The notes: generated by a model from the sequence alone, not told the origin. DNA of 64,000 nucleotides from Eledone cirrhosa (GCA_964016885.1 OZ024741.1:179242001-179306000), one strand, 5' to 3'. Positions 41,550 to 55,329 are shown, numbered from the stretch's first letter. Numbers and translations are program-made.

Positions 41550-43650
41550 TTGTTAGTCTGTACATATTTACTACATGTTCACACGTTCTTAAAAGTATGA
41601 CAAACGGAAACATTTAGTTTCTTTGTTGAAGATCCATTCTTCTGAAAGTTAACTATAAGCTGATTTACTATGACAAACGGTTAACTGGTTCGAAAATATC
41701 TAACCGTAACAATTCTATCTTCTTTTTTTTTTAGGTAAATAATTTTTTTCAAACAACTTCAATTGTTCAACAATGTTTCATACAGTTATTTTTCAATCTT
41801 CCATAGGGTGTAATCATTTCATTTTGATATTAGGAATATCTGTGACATTTCTTTATATATCTTACAATTTTCAGAAATGTTTTGTTCAGTATTTTGTTTA
41901 TGTTGTTATTGTTGAAATAAATGATGTTCTCTCTTTATTTACGATTATTGTTCATTTCTTACAAATATTTGATTGAAAACCTTTTCTTTTTCTTTATCTT
42001 TACCCTAGGCTCCGTAGGGGCCTCTAGGATTCATCATCTGCTGACCAAATAAATGGCGCCTATAATGCCTGTGTCTTATTGTTTTGGGGGTTTTTTTACA
42101 ATTCTAATTTGTATTATGGCATTCAAATGTTTCGGTGGTGTGAGTTACACAAAACAAATCAATATCAAAATTTGATTCATCACCTGTTTTGCATCATCTC
42201 ATATATCAGAGTTTGATGTGATCATCAATCAAGCTTTACATATTTTCCATTATGATATGAATCTATTCATAAACTGGCTTCATATTCTCTGTTTCGGAGC
42301 TTGATCGAAATTCACATTTAAATTTGACAACTATTCGTATGGCATTTTTCAGCTTTTGTCAACGGAGAGTTGAATAGAAAAGGATTAAATAAAGCGAATG
42401 AATTGCACCAAAAGAAAGGTTACGATCAATATATTATGATTATCAACATGCACTCTTCCCAAATTCAGAGAAAAATTATCACAATTTATAAAAATAGCTT
42501 CACAATTTTTCATTAATCGTCTATTGAACAATTATTATATAACCAGCTATAACTGCAGTAGTGTCATAGCATTGAGATCGACAGACCTCTGACACCATTT
42601 TGTCTTCTGTAAGTTGTTCAAATTTATATCCACCATTTTGTCTTCTATAATTTGTTTCACCATAACATCACGTCTTCAGCATTCTTTCATTTTGAGCAAA
42701 TTCAAGAAAGACTCTTTTATATGTAAAAAATATTACTTTTCTTCATAAAATCATTCTCAACATAACTACCAGTTGTTGTCAATTGTTTTTGACGTGCTTG
42801 ATCTAGAGTAGAATTTAAGATGCGGCGAAAATATTTCGTTTTATGAATGTTAAGTAGCAATTTCTGGCAAACAATTGAATATATTAATTCTGCACTAAGA
42901 GGGATAAATATGATATCCTTCCAGAGTTCTTTGGGGAAATTACTGATATTCTTTTATAACAATATCAAATTTTGCCGACAATTTTAATAACCATAAACAA
43001 ACTTTCTTCTTTCTGTTTATATTATTCTTTGTGATAACACAGTACAGGGCTTGAAATGAAGATTTCTATGGAGAATATCTCGCCATTTTGGTTTTCCCCG
43101 TGCAATTTCAGTTTGAAGTTCTATGCCATTGATTCCTGGATTTTCTAAAAGATCTCTTTTCATTTCCTTCCATTGGCTGAAGCAATACCAATAATTATTT
43201 TTATACATTTTTATCATTGCTACGTTTTTCTGGTGCTTTCCAGTGAACGAATCCATTTTCTTGTTCCAATAAAGACTTATTGGTGTTTCGTAAAAATAGT
43301 AAACAATAAAAGCAAAAAGTTGCTTTTTTTCTCTAGAGACTAAACGAGCCATGAGCATCAAATAACTTCTCCATATCCATCTCACAATATTCTTTTAAAC
43401 CATTATTCCCTCATTGATCAGGTTTGTGTGGGAACAAGTGGCCTTTCACTATTTTGAAAATACAATTCGAACTCAATGCAATTATTTTCTGTCCGTAGGA
43501 TATCTGATAAAATTACAGTTCTTTTTTTGCTTTTTGTTGTTTCTTTCTTTAAAAATTCAAGAAACCTGCATCGTGATGTTGAATCATATTTGGTATAGAC
43601 GACTAGAGTGTGTTTTCTTCTTATATTGACGGCTCAACAATTTGAAAGAC
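41550..43650 (-). pseudogene. Highly decayed hAT (ZMYM1/Ac-like) transposase
   Basis: Minus-strand fragments KESFLEF, CRSQCYDTTAVIAG, NCDNFSLNL, TFFGAIHSLY resemble hAT motifs CRSQCYDNAAVMAG / NCxNHSLNL; boundaries approximate. Confidence 0.65.
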
Positions 43651-43899
43651 ACAATTCTCCTGTTAATACATTGACGGTTCGGTCTGCATTCACTACAGAT
43701 AAAATTAATACTGAAGAAAGACTAGGCTATTGATGAAATTACACGAAATTACATAATAAACACTCGTTATATAATATATATAATATATATAATATATATG
43801 TCTGTACATATATATATAGTGGAAGACAACTTGTGTCCGAGTACGACACGTGCTATTGATGTTGCTGTCGCTGCTCCGCCATAGATGATTCATCTAACC

Positions 43900-44460
43900 A
43901 GGAAGTGATTTACATGTCATACCACACACTGTGGTGGTGAGTTCTCCGCCTGCTTCAGTTTATTGGTGTGTCATGCTTTGTGGTGCCGTGATAGCCTATC
44001 TGCAAACTGACACACTTTCATACAGGGCTACATGCAAAATCAAGGTGCATGAAGTACTCAAATGTGTTATTTCCATAAGAATGACATCTGCTATGGTTTA
44101 GTAGCCCAGCCTTTGACATGCATACGCATCCGCATCCATCACAGGTACGAGTCTCTTTCGAACCCCGTTCTAAGGGAGTATTAACATACCCCGTATATTT
44201 GGCTACTCGCTTCACCTCAGCCTATGCCCTCCGCTTTTGTTCATATTCCTTAAACACCGGTAGCAATCAAATTTCGCCACTGGACTCTACCTGTTGCAAA
44301 ATTTTCACCTGTTTCGGTATTGATATTAACCTTCATCGGAGAATTTTTCAGGCAGTCTTTAAAGTGCTTGTGCGGCTTGCACTGACGCGTTAGCCTGGTT
44401 ACAGCTCTCTATAAATATAATACAATACCATACGGTTGGCTGGAACAGGTAACAGAGTAA
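43900..44460 (-). pseudogene. RTE-like LINE 3' region
   Basis: KPHKHFKDCLKNSPMKVNINTE..ENFATGRVQWRNLI and CDGCGCVCMSKAGLLNHSRCH zinc finger. Confidence 0.6.
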
Positions 44461-44566
44461 AAGAGTAATACATACATACATACATACATACATACATACA
44501 TACATACATACATACATACATACATACATACATACATACATACATACATACATACATACATACATA

Positions 44567-47500
44567 GTCAGTCAACGCGATCAGTCGCATATTTTGGTGT
44601 GGGAGACTATTCATTAAATTTAAGATGAATACTATCTCTGACAGTAATGCCACAACTACCAGTCATATTGAATAACTGGATATTCTTCTAACTATATCTA
44701 CTGAAGACACCTTTTATTCGAATTCGTAGAGATATCCGACTAAATACATAATTCACTTTACAAGGAATTGCTACAAACAGCATGGCTGAACACAACATCA
44801 ACAACAACAACATCAATGGAGTACCGAAGAAAAACGAGAAAGGTAAGCAAAATTTATTCAGTTGTAACTACAGAAGAAACCGAAATTATAAATCGCATTT
44901 CTCTTGGAGTTGCGAACTTAATGATGATTTATTTAATTGTTATAAAATGGCAAAAAACAATCCCTCCATTGGCTATATGAACAGAATGAAGCTACGCTGG
45001 GACGAAATACACCCAGAGCTAAATCATTTCACAGCGTCAACTACGCCAACAAGCGACTTTGTTGAACCTAAAAATAAGATAAATATTATTCATTGTAAGT
45101 CCCCCACAACAAACACGGAATCAATAACACGTGCTACAGGTCGCCATGCTACTAGACTTCCCAGCAGCCAGGTCGAACAGCGCCTTGAGACAACTATGCC
45201 TGTAAGAAATTTGACACCACGTGTACCATCTAAATCTACCTCGAATGCTGGGGAAAACACTATCGATAATAATAATAATCGAAGAAATAATAATAATAAT
45301 CGAAGAAATGATAATAATAATCGAAGAAATTTGACACCACGAGTCTACCTCGACTATTGTGGAAAATACTATCGGTAATGATAATAATGAAAAGTATAAA
45401 CAATTGAAAATTTCCCTCAACGAAATCTTCCAGAGAGAAATTAATTCCTGTATAAACATTTCTCTTGCTGAACGTTTTAAAACAACAATATTTAATAAAA
45501 AATAAAAAATAAAAAATAAAAAATGAAATATTACGTGTTATTGACGAAACAGGGATGAATATTTCCGACGGATAAAAACCCCAACATTTTGGCAAATCTA
45601 CGCCTGTTTATATGCCTTAGAAACGACAGTGAAGCATTATCTTGGTGATAGCAGAGATATTAACAAGAAAAAACACCACCAAAAATACCACCATATATAA
45701 CTAAAATAGAAAAAAAATTGCTGACCTACGAAAAACCATAAGATATGTGACAAGGCTCCTTACGTGCAAACAAGCACACAAAAAAACTTCACTCCTCACC
45801 AAAAAAGAGTGAAAAATAAAATAGGGACGATGTTTGGTAACAGTAAAACCAGAACTCTTCAATATAAGCTGATTACCCTCAAACAAGAATTGAGAGCTGT
45901 TAGCGAAAAACGTCGATACCTGAAGAAAGTAGATGAAAGAAAAGTGCTTAATAAAAGATTCAGACGAAACCAAACATCAGTCTATAGAAATATGAAGAGC
46001 AAAATAATAAGTGTCACTGAGGCTCCATCCCAGAAAGACAGATTCCTTTTGGAGAAAAATATGGGGTGAAAAGAAGAATTTCAACCAAGATGCAATGTGG
46101 CTAAAAGAAATCCAAAAAAACTATTGCTCCTACACTACAACAAAAACATACGAAATAAGTGAGGGGACCCTTGCAACTGTGATAGGAAAACTCCAAGATA
46201 AAAAAAACACCAGGAAGAGACATGATTGTCGGCTACTGGTACAAAAAACTGATATTCTATCGGAGGTATCTTACCGACCTCTACCAACAAGTTCTTAAGG
46301 GAAATACATTTATACTAGAATGGTTGACATTAGCACAAACATTACTGGTCCCCAAGAACAAAGACACCCACCTGGCAAAAGACTACCGACCCATTGCATG
46401 CCAGAACCTGATGTATAAGATGTATACAGCCTGCCTGAACCTATTCCTCCAAGATCACTGTGAAAATAATAACATCATCACAGATGAACAAGCAGCTGGA
46501 AAGAAAGGGGTTTGGGGATGTGTTGAACAACTCCTAATCAACAAAATTTCGGAGGTGCGACAACTTAGGAGGAATATGGCTACAGTCTGGCTGGACTACA
46601 GGAAAGCTTTCGATTCTGTTCCCCACTCTTGGGTGTTGAGGCCCTCCGACTTTCTAAAGTCCCAGACATTATTATTAGAGCCATAGAAAAGCTGTCTTCT
46701 TCTTGGGCTACTATCCTAAGGTTAAAGACAGAGAAGGAGGACTCTATTTTCACTGATAAAATAAAATATCGCAGGAGTATATTTTAAGGAGACTCTATTT
46801 ATCCTGTCATTAAACCCCTTATCCTTTCTGCTCAAGAAATGTGAAGGATACATCATTGGCTCGCAGGAGGACAGAAATACGAACCTAACCCATAATTTCT
46901 TTGTGGATGATCTGAAACTCTATGCCAAGAACATGGATGGGATAAAGAAAACTCTTGACCTGGTTACAACATTCTCAAAGGATATAGGAATGGAGTTTGG
47001 CCAAGATAAATGCTCATACGTGACTGTAAAGCGGGGAAAAACAACCGAATCTAGCAACATTGTCATCAATAGCCTAACTGTTTCACCGATATCTGATGAG
47101 GACTGCTACAGATACCTGGGGATAGATGAGAACATATCCTATAATGGTATCTGTCATAAGGAACGCGTAACCAGGGAATACTACACCCGATTAAGAAAGA
47201 TATGGTCATCGGAACTCTCTGCGCAAAACAAAACAGTGGCTCACAATGTGTTTGCTGTGCCTGTCCTAACACCAACTTTTGGAATACTCAATTGGACGAT
47301 AGACGAAATCCGAGCGATTGATGTTAGAACTCGAAAAATACTAAGCAACACCGGAAACTTCCACATCAACAGTGACATAGACCGCCTTTACTTGAAACGT
47401 AAGTACGGAGGCAGAGGCCTAACATCAGTCCAGACAGCATTTGAATGTCGCATCATATCCCTCCGACAACATCTAAGAACCTCAAAGCGTAGGAGCCCGT

Positions 47501-48683
47501 CTCTTGAGCAAGTCTATCTGCATGAAACAGATAAGATCATGAGAGTTGGGAAGGAACTCCTCGAGAGGTATTCCCTGTGTGATAATCAAAAACTCACACC
47601 CAGGGAAGTTGCCCAGCAGTATCGCAGTGAATCCATGGATGAAAAACTGCATGCTTATCACCAAAACATCATGCATGGATATGTTGCCAGGAAGCTTCAG
47701 AGTGAGAGTAATATAGATAAAGAAAGTAGTCTATCTTGGACCAACAACCGCTATATTGGTTCCCACTTTGAAGGATACGCTTTTGCAATCCAAGAACAGG
47801 AAATCAACACGAAATACTTGATTCACAAAAGAGATAGGGATGCAGGTAAAACACCTAGATGTGATAACAAGTGCAAACTCTGTAGAATTAACATCGAAGA
47901 TGTCACCCATGTCATCAGCAGCTGTCCAAAGATGTCATCGCGGTACTATCTACCTATGATGCATGATGTAGTGGCCAAAACACTGTACAATGCAATCCGT
48001 AGAAAAGATAGCCCCGATAATAAACACATTAAAAGCTACAGCAATGTGGAAGACATACATATACATAATATGAAAGAGTACAGGTGGAATGTTCCAGTAA
48101 AAACCCCAATAAAATGCAGGTATAACAGACCAGATATTATAATATGGGACAGGGAAAAGAAGGCATGCACAGTGGTGGAAGTTAGCTGTCCAGCAGATGC
48201 CAATATAATATCAAAGATTAGCGAAAAGAAGAATATTTATGCAGAACTGATGAGAAATCTGCAGATACTCCACCCTGATTATACCTTCAGATTTATGCTT
48301 GTGATTATTGGGGCACTGGGATATGTTAGTAACTGCCTCAATACGAATCTTGAGAAGCTAGGCTTCACAGGAACAGAAAGAACACAGCTAGTTAGGAAAT
48401 TACAAGTACAATCCATTAATGGAACAGTAAAAATATATAAAATATTTCAAACATTTTGCATCTAATAACTGCATATACACATGTACAGATACTAAGCATA
48501 TACACATGCATACATACAACTCAAAACATACACATCCACACATACAATAACATCCATATCTACACATGCATGCAGACATATCTACCTAGTTGATGTTGTG
48601 TAAATTCCAATGATCTTGTGTCTATGTTAGAAACCGACTGTCTCTCTATTAGCAAAAATTTGTGAAATTATAAAACCAGAAGA
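44567..48683 (+). mobile_element. Near full-length R4/Dong-type non-LTR retrotransposon (RT + CCHC + REL endonuclease), inactivated
   Basis: YRPIACQNLMYK, WLDYRKAFDSVPHSW, FVDDLKLYA, YRYLGI, RLYLKRKYGGRGL, CKLC..EDVTHVISSC, RPDIIIWD..VVEVSCP; frameshifts plus a stop/deletion at the QGD motif; flanked by (TACA)n on both sides. Confidence 0.92.
46903..48465 (+). CDS. Intact C-terminal half of the R4/Dong ORF (RT thumb, zinc knuckle, PD-(D/E)xK endonuclease); part of a broken ORF
   Basis: 520-aa open frame beginning at the VDD catalytic motif. Confidence 0.8.
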   Translation: MDDLKLYAKNMDGIKKTLDLVTTFSKDIGMEFGQDKCSYVTVKRGKTTESSNIVINSLTVSPISDEDCYRYLGIDENISYNGICHKERVTREYYTRLRKIWSSELSAQNKTVAHNVFAVPVLTPTFGILNWTIDEIRAIDVRTRKILSNTGNFHINSDIDRLYLKRKYGGRGLTSVQTAFECRIISLRQHLRTSKRRSPSLEQVYLHETDKIMRVGKELLERYSLCDNQKLTPREVAQQYRSESMDEKLHAYHQNIMHGYVARKLQSESNIDKESSLSWTNNRYIGSHFEGYAFAIQEQEINTKYLIHKRDRDAGKTPRCDNKCKLCRINIEDVTHVISSCPKMSSRYYLPMMHDVVAKTLYNAIRRKDSPDNKHIKSYSNVEDIHIHNMKEYRWNVPVKTPIKCRYNRPDIIIWDREKKACTVVEVSCPADANIISKISEKKNIYAELMRNLQILHPDYTFRFMLVIIGALGYVSNCLNTNLEKLGFTGTERTQLVRKLQVQSINGTVKIYKIFQTFCI

Positions 48684-49004
48684 ACATACATACATACATA
48701 CATACATACATACATACATACATACATACATACATACATACATACATACATACATACATACATACATACATACATACATACATACATACATACATACATA
48801 CATACATACATACATGATGGCTGAAAACTTTGCTAAGAGTACTGCAATCGCTTATCAGATTATAAAGTTTGGTTCTCCATCCGTAGAACCTATGTTGTGC
48901 CATGCTAGGTTGCCAGATTTGATAGTACATAGGTATACTATATTAGATTCGAGGCATCTATTCTGCAGTGGGAAATTATCCGGTAGGTGGCAGTTACACT
49001 TGGA

Positions 49005-49260
49005 TTTAACCTAAAAGATCACAAAAATAATTTCGAAACAAACCCTACAATTAGATTAATATGCCCATCGAAGTCAGATATAGATAGAATTAACAAGTAT
49101 ATACTAGATAGCGCAGATCAAAGACAAACTAGAAATTAAACTATGGGGTAACACTAACGAAGCAATCGATTGGTTTAACAAAATAGACAATAAGGAAACA
49201 TCCAACTTCATACAGTTCGATATCAATGACTATTACTCATCCATCTCCCCAGTCACCCTA
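49005..49260 (+). pseudogene. Penelope-like RT N-terminal fragment (different clade from 29461-30802)
   Basis: LKDHKNNFETNPTIRLICPSKSDIDRINKYILD..LKLWGNTNEAIDWFNKIDNKETSNFIQFDINDYYSSIS; ends at a TA tract. Confidence 0.8.
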
Positions 49261-49276
49261 AATATATATATATATG

Positions 49277-49475
49277 TGGGGGGGGGGGGGGTCAGGACCC
49301 CGACGGCTGAGCTCCGGCCGTTTCGACAGCTAGTTGGGGACTGTCTAGAACTAGCTGTCGAAACGGCCGGAGCTCAGCCGTCGGGGTCTTGACTCTTTTC
49401 CTATTACCCACACTACTACCATAGAGTACTCTGGTGCGTTATGGTCCACCTGGTTCCTTATCACATTTCCTTCGG
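49277..49475 (+). mobile_element. (TA)n-embedded hairpin element, family B (best-preserved copy)
   Basis: 45-bp arms 49291-49335 / 49349-49393; right arm = stem II 3' strand-GAAA-CGGC cggagcuca GCCG-UC-GGGGUC. Confidence 0.87.
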
Positions 49476-49511
<36 letters not shown>

Positions 49512-51009
49512 GATATATTGAGTGTTACTATCAACATGTAACCTAGTACAACCTGTCACATGGTCGAGCCATCAATGACTAAACCGGAAATCCTACCAAG
49601 TTTGCTTGGTGAGGAGGAGGATTTTGGACACCCTGCAGGATGAAAAACAAAACCTGCCAGAGGGCAGAGGATCTCATTAGAATCTACAGTCATCCAGTAG
49701 TATTAGTATGTACATATACATATATGTCGTGTTGGTGTGTAGATATGTATATGTTAATTTAAGAGTGTGCAGAGTTCTTATATATTTCACTGGTTGGCAC
49801 TGGATGGTCTTTTATGGCGTCCACGTGTTTCTCAGTTTGTTCAACATGCCGCTCAGCGAACCGATGACGCGCAATATATGCTCAGTCAAGCTAAGCACCT
49901 AGCCTCTCTCATTTCGAAGAGCAACCTGCGTGGGGAAAAGCCACATGCTACACGAGGTGCTTTTAGTATGTCTATCATAGGATAGTCTAGCAGAACAGAT
50001 TGGATCTAGAGGTGTAAGCTTCGATAAAAATCCTACTTGTCTCATAGTAAGCAGTAGTTCATGTGACGATCATCAGTTTAATTAGATGACCTCGGCGTCG
50101 TAAATACCAGTGTCTTCGCAGATGATCGACTATTAATTCAACAATGGGTTGGCACAACTGTTCCAGTTAGCGGAGAAATCTATGAGTATGTAAGTGTGCG
50201 AGCAGCATATATTCTAACCATTCTAGAAAAAGCAAAATGAATGCTTCATCTTCGAAAAAATAGGAATGAATCAAGAAGAAAAAAAGATGCATGTGTGTGT
50301 GTGTGTGCGTGCGAAAATTAAATGGAAAACACAGTAAAACGATACAATATAATTAATATATATATATTAGTTTAACGCTTGATATAGTAGGAAAAGGGTC
50401 TCGTTTCTAGCGTTAGTCCTACATCAAAAAATAGGAAGAGAAATAGATGAAAAGAAAGATAGATTGAGAAGAGGAAGAAACGGAAAAAAAATGTTTCGAG
50501 AAAAAACATGTCTGCTCTGTCAAATCCGACCCAAACTAAACATCAAAAACAACTTCAGGAAGAGAGAGTCTGAATTCATGGTGTCGAATGTTGACCAAAT
50601 GGAGATAGTAGTTCCTTAAATTCATATTTGTCGGCTAGCAGAATCGTCAGGCAGGTCATTATATGTAAATATTATATATGCTTGTTCATATGTATACATG
50701 TGTGTATGCATGTGTGTGCATACATGTATGTATATGCTTGTTCAGGAGTGTATACATATGTGTGATAAAATATGGAGACGTGGTCGAGTCCATCGGTAGA
50801 GGTGGGGACTAAATGGCACTGCCCCCTCCCCTCACCCCCACTTTTCAATTGTGCACCTTCAAATTTAGAAACATTCAGTGATATGTTTATTCCGAAACTC
50901 CACCTTAGAATTATCCCCACACACCCCTAGCATCAAAGCTTAGCAATGGACCTGGATATGATATTTGAACATATACATAAATTATAAAATGGATCACAAA
51001 GATTTAGAG

Positions 51010-51354
51010 CAGGGGAATGCAACATATTCCATTGGCGGGCCACTTTTGAACATTGGAACAACTATATTAGGGCGTCACTGTAAAAAATATGTAATCTAAT
51101 GAAAACCAGGGAATTGAGTCATAAATACATTGTGAATACATTTTTAAACAATAAAGACAAATAAAATATAATTTAGTTTTATTAATGTGAGACATGGTAT
51201 TTGGTACAGGTCGACTAACAGAAAATTGTATTACGGTTACGAAAAAAATTTTAAATAAGCCTACAAGGTAAAAATTAAAAACGGTCATCGTGGGCCACTC
51301 TGACTGGTCTGGCGGGTCGGATTGTGGCTGCAGGCCGCCTGTTTCACGCCCCTG
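51010..51354. mobile_element. Non-autonomous hAT (Charlie-like) MITE
   Basis: Termini CAGGGG...CCCCTG, subterminal GCGGGCC motifs, perfect 8-bp TSD ATTTAGAG (51002-51009 / 51355-51362). Confidence 0.9.
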
Positions 51355-52449
51355 ATTTAGAGTATAGAGCATGTAACCCCCACCCGTCCCACCATAGTTA
51401 CGGTGCTGCTGGAAAAGCCTTCGCTCAATAGGTTTGTCCAATCTGAGCTGACCTGCGGCTAAACAACATTGCTGGAATAAATAAGAGTGCCTATTTAGAA
51501 ATACCTCAGAAAATTCTTTTTGTTTTTCTTTCTCTTTTTTCTTACAAAAGATTAACCAAGGATACAGCATTCATAAAATGACATGACATATGTGTCCACA
51601 TGTCTTACTAGTAATAATATTATTGATTGTAGATCAATAAGCAGATATAGGATTTCGTCATCTCACAACCTGAGTGTTGTTCTATGTAATCGTTATTTTC
51701 TTTGATCTTACCGTCTTTCGTTTTACTTGGAAGCTAACAAATTACTTTGAATTAATCAAAGCTGAAATAATATAATCGCCGAGACTTAATTTCTTGTCAC
51801 TACTTCCACGCGATTATGCAGTCAGTTGCAAGCATTCTCTTTTAATATTGATATTAATTGAAAAATATCATATAGGAGCAGAATTTAATTAAGATTACGA
51901 AGAAGCTCCACAGACGATAAATGTATGGTAAAGCCAGACCAGATGTATACGTTTGTATCAATATCTCAATAGTTCTATAGACAGACAAGAAGAAATAACG
52001 ACCTTATAAATAATTCAACTATCTTCTCTGTAGAAATGGAGTCTGACTAACTGTGTACTTAATTTACTTTTTGCTTCATGGAATGTTCCGAGCTTGGTTC
52101 GAGTATTAACAACTGCTCAGGGAAACATTCGATTAGTTGGGACAAGTGACAACTTCTAGATTCCAGGGGGGGGGGGGTCCTATTGCGAGAGAGTAATCTA
52201 AACACTGTTTGTGTGTGTAAAATGTGTCTTGACCGTTACTCAATATATACTATTGTATTTTCACAGTAAAGGCTTTACTTTGCATAATTATCTCACATAA
52301 TATCGAATATATAAGATTTTGATATTATTTATTTTGAGAACAATACCTTAACATCAGTATGAGTGGCCAGTTACAGCCGGAGTGACCAAAAAGAGGTGAG
52401 AGAATTCTGGCTGCATAAGACCGATTTAAATGCTAATGGGTTAGGTAAG

Positions 52450-52690
52450 AAGGCTCGTTGCGCCGCTGTTTATCCCGGTTTCATGACGTGAAACGACTGC
52501 GAGTACAAGACTCCTCCCTGGACAGGACGCCAGTCTATCGCAGGTTTAAACCCCCTATTTTTTTTTTTTGTACTCATTTCAGCTGAGTATACTGGAGCAA
52601 CGTGAAATGAAGTGTTTTGCTCAAGAACACAACACGCCCTGGAATCGAACCCACAACATTATGATCGTAAGACCAACACCCTTACCATTA
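52450..52690 (-). mobile_element. CORE-type SINE copy
   Basis: Reverse complement of 41201-41485. Confidence 0.82.
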
Positions 52691-55329
52691 GCTGAATTAA
52701 ATGCGTGTGTGTGTGTGGTTGGATTAATTGTGTATATGTTTGTATATGAGTGGTTAAATGAAATGTACCATTGTATTTAGTTTCGTCTCTCCAGGTTCCG
52801 TATCCCAATCCCGTCTAAGTCGGGTTTGTCTTTGTGTATCTCACTGGTTAATAAAATAAATAGCAGTGTTATTCTGAAATAGATTCACTAAACTTTCAAC
52901 TTTCTTCGTTGCAACACATTTTTCCTGTAGCTGGTTAAAATAAATCAGTTTTTAAAAAACCTAGCCAACGTAAAACCTGTTGCTAAATATGTTGAGCAAG
53001 CTGTGCTACTGAAACGATTCGGTGGTATTGGTTTACGTATAATCTCTTCTTTATTGGTCCAATGTTTCAAAACCTTATTTCTATATATTTTGACATCGCT
53101 GCACTGCCAAAACGATTCAGATGTTTTTACTTATGTGAATTCTCTTTTTTATCGGTCCCCTGTTTCCATTCTTGTGTTCACGTTTGCTCTTCTTTGGTGA
53201 ACAACACCCTCTCCTCTTCAACCTGGATTGGCTCCAACAAGGAGATAATTGAAACCCCATAACTGTGAACGGGGTTTAATTTTGGTATTCTTTATTATTA
53301 TTATTACACCTGTCTTCCTTTGGAGCCAGTCCAGATTGAAGAGCAGAGGATGTTGTTCACCAAAGAAAAGCAAACGTGATGTGTTATCCCTCTTATTCGA
53401 GTTGCAGGCAACCCAGACGTCCTTCTCTAAAACGGTAAGGGTGAGGTTAGGGAAAGTTGGTAGTTATTTCTATAAAGTCGCGTGACCAAATAGAAACTGC
53501 CCCGCTGGCTCTACCAATACTTACTAAACGATGGCAATATATGTTAGTGGATTAAGGTAGTGCATTGGCAGAATTGGTAGAGCGTCGGGTAAATTAGTTC
53601 GTGATATGTTGTTATTTAGTTACGTCTTCTTGCAACTTGAGTTCAAACTTGAACCAGAGTGTGTGTGTGTGCAGGCAAATGGAGTTTAAGCTGTAAGTTC
53701 CTAGTTACCATCCTCTTAAAACAAACCATTTGGTTTCCTCCACTCATACTATCTAAATAAATAGTCCCCAAATCAGAGATCGTCTTGAGCCTTTTGATAC
53801 CAATCCGCCAGAAACCGCCCTGGTTCTACAATACGAAACTATTTGTTTTAAGATGTTTATATTTATCTAAAAACCTAAAAAGGATTAAAGTGCTTGTATT
53901 TATTTATCTAAAAACTTTCCATCGTAATGTTATATAAGAAGCCTTGTTAAATTATGTTTCAAACACTATTTGGGAAAGTTATATTACTAAATCCCAGCAA
54001 ATTTTATATTATTTTCAAAATTAATTAAAAATCGTAGGCTGTGTATTCCATTAACAATATGTAAACGAAGTGGTTAAACTCCAAGTATGAAATATATCCT
54101 TCAATATCCTGTAATTTAAAAAAATCACCCATTGTGATGGAAAACAGCGTAAAAGATTCACATGCCTACTATGGTCTTATAACTCAATATTTTTCTACTG
54201 AAATCTTCGGGTATGGAAAGCAGGGTTAGTGATAAAGTTAGAGTAAAATAACGGTTTCTGATTTAAACACAAAATCAACAATTACAGGGAGGGGAATCGA
54301 TTAAATGGACCCCAGTGTGTTACTGGTACTTTATTTTATCGACCTTGTAAGGATGAAAGGCAAAGCTAACCTCGACGGGATTTGAACTTAGAACGTAACT
54401 GATGGCTGTAAGTCAATGCCAAAAATAAAAAAAATAAATAAAAAAAAGCATGTTGTCCGACGCTCTACCGATACTGCCAATCTACCATCCTGTTCTAGTA
54501 AAATAATAAAAATGTATTATAAGTGTATCTAACATACCTTAACAAAATAACAACAACAAGGAAACGCAAACTGTCAGCTGTGATCCCATTTTGTTTAAAC
54601 TGTTTCGTCAGGGCAGCGCTCAATTTACCAATGTCTTTCAGAACAATTTGCAAGATGTAATTAAAATGGCGATAGTTTGTATTCTATTTACAGGTAAACC
54701 CTTCTGTGATTGGCCAATTTGTATCAGTGAAGCCAACCACAACAAATTCCGTAATTACTGCTACTTTGAAACCTTTTAAGACAAGATTTAGTGCCTTTCC
54801 TTCATGATCAGCAACAATTTCATGGCGTACTCTCTGGTGGAATAGACATTCGTCGATTTTGACGATGAGTGTTACAGTTGTTCGGTCAACAGAACAACCT
54901 GCTCGTGAAGTTAACATATAAGTATCTGAGCCTTCCACAGACACGTGTACCCCTTAACGTAATTCTTGGAGAGAGATTTAATATCACATAATTACAGCTA
55001 CAGTCCATCCGGTAGACTTCCGCCTATCCAACTTCACTCACAATACAGGTCGACCTGAAGTTGTGGTAAATAACACAGGGGCGTGTCGAACCTGGTACCT
55101 CGTAATTGCGAAGAGAACTCTTTAATCATCCGACAAGCTGTCTACTATTAATTTCCAGCCACAGTAATATGGGTTTTTTACCCCCATATCTCCAACTGAC
55201 AAACATAAGCATCGCTACTTTATTCATATTCCATTGCATATAATTACAAACAGAAAAAGGCGGAAAAGGTGGATTACAAAATCGAAAGATAAAGAGGACA
55301 GAGGAAAACTCTACACCCTGGAATGGACG

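Noticed and set aside
44693-44735. Hammerhead-like CTGAAGA in the R4/Dong 5' UTR
   Set aside because: No convincing stem II and GAAT instead of GAAA; indistinguishable from chance
54684-54944. VKIDECLF motif reminiscent of Merlin/ISXO2 transposases
   Set aside because: Single short motif with no further supporting residues or TIRs
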